Assembly: GCA_965235115.1 (NCBI GenBank)
Contig: OZ249436.1
Span: 25,112,001-25,176,000, forward strand
Length of the DNA: 64,000 bases
Origin: Laetmonice hystrix
Taxonomy: Eukaryota
Direction: 5' to 3'
The notes beneath the pieces were generated by a model. The model made no database searches, had not been told where the DNA came from, and worked only from the letters and a program-made list of their open reading frames with translations. The stretch's first letter is position 1; each line of letters opens with the position of its first letter. Of this stretch, positions 1-7,638 are shown piece after piece. The position numbers and the translations under genes were made by a program.

Positions 1-868
1 CCAGCCTAAAACGATGTTGCAATTAATTTAAAATTAACAAGATGCACTAGTAATCCGATCCAAGCTTAATTACGTCATTGCTAGTTTCATAACCAAATCT
101 CACAGAAAATACCCCACCCGGGCACATAACCTGAAAATATTCAACTTTTATCTCCAATGTATCCCTGTGCACCTAGTAGCACACAAGCGGGCCCAATTTT
201 GACATTCCAACACAAATACCGCAAATACCCGCCTAATGGCACAAAAAACTTTCTACCCCGTTGCAAGTCACATTAGCTTGCTGCTTGTCGTAAAAAATGG
301 TGCAGATCATTTCTAAAGTCACAGTACCCCACTCCCGGCCTAATATTACGTTTCAGTATCCATATACGCTGCAAGCGGCAGGAACTCGAATACAGGCCTA
401 AAAGTAACCCCAGTCTAGCAATATCATACTCTCATGCCATATACGAGCTTGTAATTATCTTTAATTAATGGGCTCCGCAGCACCAACCCACTGCATTAAC
501 ATTTGTTTAACAGCTTAACGCACCTTGTAAAAAATTTTCAAGTGCGTAAAAATGCGTGTCCACCTCCACATACTTTAAAAATCACTATACCCACCCAGCG
601 ACATTCACTCTAATACACGCCTAAGAGGAACTTCACTGTCCCATTTGAATCTCCAGCACGTATAGGATGTTTCAAGTAACATTTATCCACGGTCTGGCCC
701 AATAACGTGTAACAAGGCATAGTAAGTCAATGCGAGCTCGCATGTCAAACCTAACCCGCCCCCCCCAGCACATGAGCTGAAAATATTCAAATAGCTTGAA
801 AACTAGAATATAGCTTTGCTTAATACCATTATACCATGAACTCGCATTACAGGCCTAATGCGAAGCTC
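1..868. repeat. Subunit A of the satellite unit (representative copy, unit 1)
   Basis: Colinear with 869-1757 along its length. Examples: CCAGCCTAAAACGA at 1 and 869; TTAACAAGATGCACTA, CACTATACCCACC and ATGTCAAACCTAA in both; TAGCTTGAAAACTAGAATATAGCTTTG at 792 and 1651. Confidence 0.95.
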
Positions 869-1757
869 CCAGCCTAAAACGAGTTTCCAAATAATTTAAA
901 GTTAACAAGATGCACTAATAATCGATTCCAAGCCTAATTAGGCCATTGCTAGTTGGATAACCAAATCTCATACAAAATACACCCTCCCGGCAGATGACCT
1001 GAGAATATTTAACTCTTATGTCCGATATATCCCTGTCTGCTTAGTAGCACCCAGCCGGGCCCCCATTTTGACATTGCAACACCAATACAGCAAGTGCCCA
1101 GCTAACAGCACAAATAACAGGATTCAGGGCTTCCTACCACGTTACAAGTCACAATAGATTGCTGCCTGTCGTAAAAATATACCAGACCATTTTAAAAAGT
1201 CACAGAACCCCAATCCGGCCCTAATATGTCACTCCCAGTACCAATAGACGCTGGAAGCACCATCAACTGAAATTCAGGCCTAGAACCCACCTCTCTCTAC
1301 CAATATCATGCACCTAGTCCGTATACGAGGTTGTAATTTACTTTAATCAACGGGCTGCGCCGCAGCAACCCACTCTGGTCTTTGCAATCTTTTTCAATAT
1401 GCGTTAACATTTGTGACCAGCTCAACGCGCCTTGTAAAATTTTTCAAAGTGCGTAAAAGTGTCTGTCCACCCCGACACGCTTTCCAAACCACTATACCCA
1501 CCGAGCGACATCCACTCAAATACAGGCTTCGACCGATCCTCACTGTGCCAATAATCCGCCACAAGGCAAATTCAGTCAATGCAAGCTGGAAAATCGAATG
1601 TCAAACCTAATGCTCCCCCCCCCCCAGCACGTTAACTGAAAAAAATCAACTAGCTTGAAAACTAGAATATAGCTTTGTTTAGCTAACAATCTACTCTCCC
1701 AGCGCCATCAACTCGCATACAGGCGTAAAAGCAAACGCACTGCCCCATATAATGCTC
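869..1757. repeat. Subunit B of the satellite unit (representative copy, unit 1)
   Basis: Diverged paralogue of subunit A with fixed substitutions and indels. B has extra sequence near 1374-1400 and lacks the block at A ~645-698. A and B alternate strictly throughout the window. Confidence 0.95.
1614..1625 (+). repeat. Variable-length poly(C) tract in subunit B (representative copy)
   Basis: CTAAT(G/A)CT-C(n)-AGCAC has about 9-12 C depending on the unit. This accounts for most of the variation in unit length. Confidence 0.85.
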
Positions 1758-2784
1758 CCAGCCTAAGACGATGTTGCAATTAATTTAAGATTAACAAGAT
1801 GCACTAGTAATCCGATCCAAGCCTAATTACGTCATTGCTAGTTTCATAACCAAATCTCACAGAAAATACCCCACCCGCGCACATAACCTGAAAATATTTA
1901 ACTTTTATCTCCAATGTATCCCTGTGCACCTAGTAGCACACAAGCGGGCCCAATTTTGACATCCCAACACAAATACCGCAAATACCCGCCTAATGGCACA
2001 AAAAACTTTCTACCCCGTTGCAAGTCACATTAGCGTGCTGCTTGTCGTAAAAAATGGTGCAGACCATTTCTAAAGTCACAGTACCCCACTCCCGGCCTAA
2101 TATTACGTTTCAGTATCCATATACGCTGCAAGCGGCAGGAACTCGAATACAGGCCTAAAAGTAACCTCAGTCTAGCAATATCATACTCCCATGCCATATA
2201 CGAGCTTGTAATTATCTTTAATTAATGGGCTCCGCAGCACCAACCCACTGCATTAACATTTGTTTAACAGCTTAACGCACCTTGTAAAATTTTTTCAAGT
2301 GCGTAAAAATGCGTGTCCACCTCCACATACTTTAAAAATCACTATACCCACCCAGCGACATCCACTCTAATACACGCCTAAAAGGAACTTCACTGTCCCA
2401 TTTGATTCTCCAGCACGTATAGGATGTTTCAAGTAACATTCATCCACGGTCTGGCCCAATAACGTGCAGCAAGGCATAGTAAGTCAATGCGAGCTCGCAT
2501 GTCAAACCTAACCCGCCCCCAAGCACATGAGCTGAAAATATTCAAATAGCTTGAAAACTAGAATATAGCTTTGCTTAATACCATTATACCATCAACTCGC
2601 ATTACAGGCCTAATGCGAAGCTCCCAGCCTAAAACGAGTTTCCAAATAATTTAAAGTTAACAAGATGCACTAATAATCGATTCCAAGCCTAATTAGGCCA
2701 TTGCTAGTTGGATAACCAAATCTCATACAAAATACACCCTCCCGGCAGATGACCTGAGAATATTTAACTCTTATGTCCGATATA

Positions 2785-3170
2785 GGGAGCGTAAGTATGT
2801 CACGTCACAATGCGTGAATCGACGAGAAATGCGGTTTGGAGGCCCAAACTGGCGCCAGCCAAATTCCGGTTCCGTTCATTTAGCATTGGGAGGCCCATTG
2901 AAAAAGCGTTCTAACTGATAACTCCAAAATTACTGTTCTCTTTGCTATCAAACTGACTATACATCAGAACCAACATCTCTTATGTCAGAAAAAATACATT
3001 TTATACTTAAGAAATATTTAATTGTCAAAAGAAAGGCCGATGTTTGAAGAGGTGTAGGCTCGCCCTATGTTAAACCAGTGGGGGATTGTGACGTAACGGA
3101 AGTGGCATGTCGCCAGCGGTCTGACCCAGTTAGACCGAACCTCGTTTTCGGTCGCGAGACTTACGCTCCC
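2785..3170. mobile_element. Non-autonomous DNA transposon (MITE) with 12-bp terminal inverted repeats, inserted in subunit B of unit 2
   Basis: The left end GGGAGCGTAAGT (2785-2796) is the exact reverse complement of the right end ACTTACGCTCCC (3159-3170). TATA flanks both sides (2781-2784, 3171-3174). The other units show the empty site GTCCGA-TATA-TCCCTG. Unit 2 is 2143 bp = 1753 + 390. No transposase ORF. Confidence 0.93.
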
Positions 3171-6100
3171 TATATCCCTGTCTGCTTAGTAGCACCCAGC
3201 CGGGCCCCCATTTTGACATTGCAACACCAATACAGCAAGTGCCCAGCTAACAGCACAAATAACAGGATTCAGGGCTTCCTACCACGTTACAAGTCACAAT
3301 AGATTGCTGCCTGTCGTAAAAATATACCAGACCATTTTAAAAAGTCACAGAACCCCAATCCGGCCCTAATATGTCACTCCCAGTACCAATACACGCTGGA
3401 AGCACCATCAACTGAAATTCAGGCCTAGAACCCACCTCTCTCTACCAATATCATGCACCTAGTCCGTATACGAGGTTGTAATTTACTTTAATCAACGGGC
3501 TGTGCCGCAGCAACCCACTCTGGTCTTTGCAATCTTTTTCAATATGCGTTAACATTTGTAACCAGCTCAACGCGCCTTGTAAAATTTTTCAAAGTGCGTA
3601 AAGTGTGTGTCCACCCCGACACGCTTTCCAAACCACTATACCCACCGAGCGACATCCACTCAAATACAGGCTTCGACCGATCCTCACTGTGCCAATAATC
3701 CGCCACAAGGCAAATTCAGTCAATGCAAGCTGGAAAATCGAATGTCAAACCTAATACTCCCCCCCCCCAGCACGTTAACTGAAAATAATCAACTAGCTTG
3801 AAAACTAGAATATAGCTTTGTTTAGCTAACAATCTACTCTCCCAGCGCCATCAACTCGCATACAGGCGTAAAAGCAAACGCACTGCCCCATATAATGCTC
3901 CCAGCCTAAAACGATGTTGCAATTAATTTAAAATTAACAAGATGCACTAGTAATCCGATCCAAGCTTAATTACGTCATTGCTAGTTTCATAATCAAATCT
4001 CACAGAAAATACCCTTCCCGGGCAGATAACCTGAAAATATTCAACTTTTATCTCCAATGTATCCCTGTGCACCTAGTAGCACACAAGCGGGCCCAATTTT
4101 GACATTCCAAGACAAAAACCGCAAATACCCGCCTAATGGCACAGAAAACTTTCTACCCCGTTGCAAGTCACATTAGCTTGCTGCTTGTCGTAAAAAATGG
4201 TGCAGACCATTTCTAAAGTCACAGTACCCCACTCCCGGCCTAATATTACGTTTCAGTATCCATATACGCTGCAAGCGGCAGGAACTCGAATACAGGCCTA
4301 AAAGTAACCCCAGTCTAGCAATATCATACTCCCATGCCATATACGAGCTTGTAATTATCTTTAATTAATGGGCTCCGCAGCACCAACCCACTGCATTAAC
4401 ATTTGTTTAACAGCTTAACGCACCTTGTAAAATTTTTTCAAGTGCGTAAAAATGCGTGTCCACCTCCACATACTTTAAAAATCACTATACCCACCCAGCG
4501 ACATCCACTCTAATACACGCCTAAAAGGAACTTCACTGTCCCATTTGATTCTCCAGCACGTATAGGATGTTTCAAGTAACATTCATCCACGGTCTGGCCC
4601 AATAACGTGCAACAAGGCATAGTAAGTCAATGCGAGCTCGCATGTCAAACCTAACCCGCCCCCAAGCACATGAGCTGAAAATATTCAAATAGCTTGAAAA
4701 CTAGAATATAGCTTTGCTTAATACCATTATACCATCAACTCGCATTACAGGCCTAATGCGAAGCTCCCAGCCTAAAACGAGTTTCCAATTAATTTAAAGT
4801 TAACAAGATGCACTAATAATCGATTCCAAGCCTAATTAGGCCATTGCTAGTTGGATAACCAAATCTCATACAAAATACACCCTCCCGGCAGATGACCTGA
4901 GAATATTCAACTCTTATGTCCGATATATCCCTGTCCGCTTAGTAGCACCCAGCCGGGCCCCCATTTTGACATTGCAACACCAATACAGCAAGTGCCCAGC
5001 TAACAGCACAAATAACAGGATTCAGGGCTTCCTACCACGTTACAAGTCACAATAGATTGCTGCCTGTCGTAAAAATATACCAGACCATTTTAAAAAGTCA
5101 CAGAACCCCAATCCGGCCCTAATATGTCACTCCCAGTACCAATAGACGCTGGAAGCACCATCAACTGAAATTCAGGCCTAGAACCCACCTCTCTCTACCA
5201 ATATCATGCACCTAGTCCGTATACGAGGTTGTAATTTACTTTAATCAACGGGCTTCGCCGCAGCAACCCACTCTGGTCTTTGCAATCTTTTTCAATATGC
5301 GTTAACATTTGTGACCAGCTCAACGCGCCTTGTAAAATTTTTCAAAGTGCGTAAAAGTGTCTGTCCACCCCGACACGCTTTCCAAACCACTATACCCACC
5401 GAGCGACATCCACTCAAATACAGGCTTCGACCGATCCTCACTGTGCCAATAATCCGCCACAAGGCAAATTCAGTCAATGCAAGCTGGAAAATCGAATGTC
5501 AAACCTAATGCTCCCCCCCCCCCAGCACGTTAACTGAAAAAAATCAACTAGCTTGAAAACTAGAATATAGCTTTGTTTAGCTAACAATCTACTCTCCCAG
5601 CGCCATCAACTCGCATACAGGCGTAAAAGCAAACGCACTGCCCCATATAATGCTCCCAGCCTAAGACGATGTTGCAATTAATTTAAGATTAACAAGATGC
5701 ACTAGTAATCCGATCCAAGCCTAATTACGTCATTGCTAGTTTCATAACCAAATCTCACAGAAAATACCCCACCCGCGCACATAACCTGAAAATATTTAAC
5801 TTTTATCTCCAATGTATCCCTGTGCACCTAGTAGCACACAAGCGGGCCCAATTTTGACATCCCAACACAAATACCGCAAATACCCGCCTAATGGCACAAA
5901 AAACTTTCTACCCCGTTGCAAGTCACATTAGCGTGCTGCTTGTCGTAAAAAATGGTGCAGACCATTTCTAAAGTCACAGTACCCCACTCCCGGCCTAATA
6001 TTACGTTTCAGTATCCATATACGCTGCAAGCGGCAGGAACTCGAATACAGGCCTAAAAGTAACCTCAGTCTAGCAATATCATACTCCCATGCCATATACG

Positions 6101-7538
6101 AGCTTCTAATTATCTTTAATTAATGGGCTCCGCAGCACCAACCCACTGCATTAACATTTGTTTAACAGCTTAACGCACCTTGTAAAATTTTTTCAAGTGC
6201 GTAAAAATGCGTGTCCACCTCCACATACTTTAAAAATCACTATACCCACCCAGCGACATCCACTCTAATACACGCCTAAAAGGAACTTCACTGTCCCATT
6301 TGATTCTCCAGCACGTATAGGATGTTTCAAGTAACATTCATCCACGGTCTGGCCCAATAACGTGCAGCAAGGCATAGTAAGTCAATGCGAGCTCGCATGT
6401 CAAACCTAACCCGCCCCCAAGCACATGAGCTGAAAATATTCAAATAGCTTGAAAACTAGAATATAGCTTTGCTTAATACCATTATACCATCAACTCGCAT
6501 TACAGGCCTAATGCGAAGCTCCCAGCCTAAAACGAGTTTCCAATTAATTTAAAGTTAACAAGATGCACTAATAATCGATTCCAAGCCTAATTAGGCCATT
6601 GCTAGTTGGATAACCAAATCTCATACAAAATACACCCTCCCGGCAGATGACCTGAGAATATTCAACTCTTATGTCCGATATATCCCTGTCCGCTTAGTAG
6701 CACCCAGCCGGGCCCCCATTTTGACATTGCAACACCAATACAGCAAGTGCCCAGCTAACAGCACAAATAACAGGATTCAGGGCTTCCTACCACGTTACAA
6801 GTCACAATAGATTGCTGCCTGTCGTAAAAATATACCAGACCATTTTAAAAAGTCACAGAACCCCAATCCGGCCCTAATATGTCACTCCCAGTACCAATAC
6901 ACGCTGGAAGCACCATCAACTGAAATTCAGGCCTAGAACCCACCTCTCTCTACCAATATCATGCACCTAGTCCGTATACGAGGTTGTAATTTACTTTAAT
7001 CAACGGGCTGCGCCGCAGCAACCCACTCTGGTCTTTGCAATCTTTTTCAATATGCGTTAACATTTGTGACCAGCTCAACGCGCCTTGTAAAATTTTTCAA
7101 AGTGCGTAAAAGTGTGTGTCCACCCCGACACGCTTTCCAAACCACTATACCCACCGAGCGACATCCACTCAAATACAGGCTTCGACCGATCCTCACTGTG
7201 CCAATAATCCGCCACAAGGCAAATTCAGTCAATGCAAGCTGGAAAATCGAATGTCAAACCTAATGCTCCCCCCCCAGCACGTTAACTGAAAAAAATCAAC
7301 TAGCTTGAAAACTAGAATATAGCTTTGTTTAGCTAACAATCTACTCTCCCAGCGCCATCAACTCGCATACAGGCGTAAAAGCAAACGCACTGCCCCATAT
7401 AATGCTCCCAGCCTAAGACGATGTTGCAATTAATTTAAGATTAACAAGATGCACTAGTAATCCGATCCAAGCCTAATTACGTCATTGCTAGTTTCATAAC
7501 CAAATCTCACAGAAAATACCCCACCCGCGCACATAACC

Positions 7539-7638
7539 NNNNNNNNNNNNNNNNNNNNNNNNNNNNNNNNNNNNNNNNNNNNNNNNNNNNNNNNNNNNNN
7601 NNNNNNNNNNNNNNNNNNNNNNNNNNNNNNNNNNNNNN
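7539..7638. other. Assembly gap (100 N)
   Basis: Run of exactly 100 N. The flanks correspond to unit positions ~131 and ~265, so the true gap is 133 bp plus an unknown whole number of units if it contains only repeat. Confidence 0.99.

Noticed and set aside
1527..1543. CTTCGACCGATCCTCAC as a CENP-B box
   Set aside because: It matches TTCG and the central A but lacks the CGGG half of the NTTCGNNNNANNCGGGN consensus.
1394..1610. Recurrent 61-65 aa ORFs (MTEFALW..., MTSSTRL..., MSTPTRF...) in nearly every unit
   Set aside because: They are short, overlap on both strands and show no recognisable domain. They are gained or lost through single SNPs (GTGACC/GTAACC), a 1-bp deletion or poly(C) length, and the paralogous A subunit has no equivalent. 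Recurrence only reflects the repeat.
1614..1625. Poly(C) length variation as a regulatory or phase-variation switch
   Set aside because: No gene is affected, and homopolymer length differences are expected from slippage or sequencing-consensus error.
1..1757. Possibility that the unit is a tandem RNA-gene or histone cluster (5S rRNA, tRNA, U snRNA, spliced-leader RNA)
   Set aside because: By eye I found no 5S, tRNA cloverleaf with A/B boxes, U1/U2/U6, nematode SL1 or histone sequence on either strand. The nested degenerate monomers fit a satellite better. An Infernal/Rfam and tRNAscan-SE run would be the decisive check.
3078..3302. 74-aa ORF starting inside the MITE
   Set aside because: It reads across the element end into satellite sequence and has no transposase motif. 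It is a chance junction ORF.
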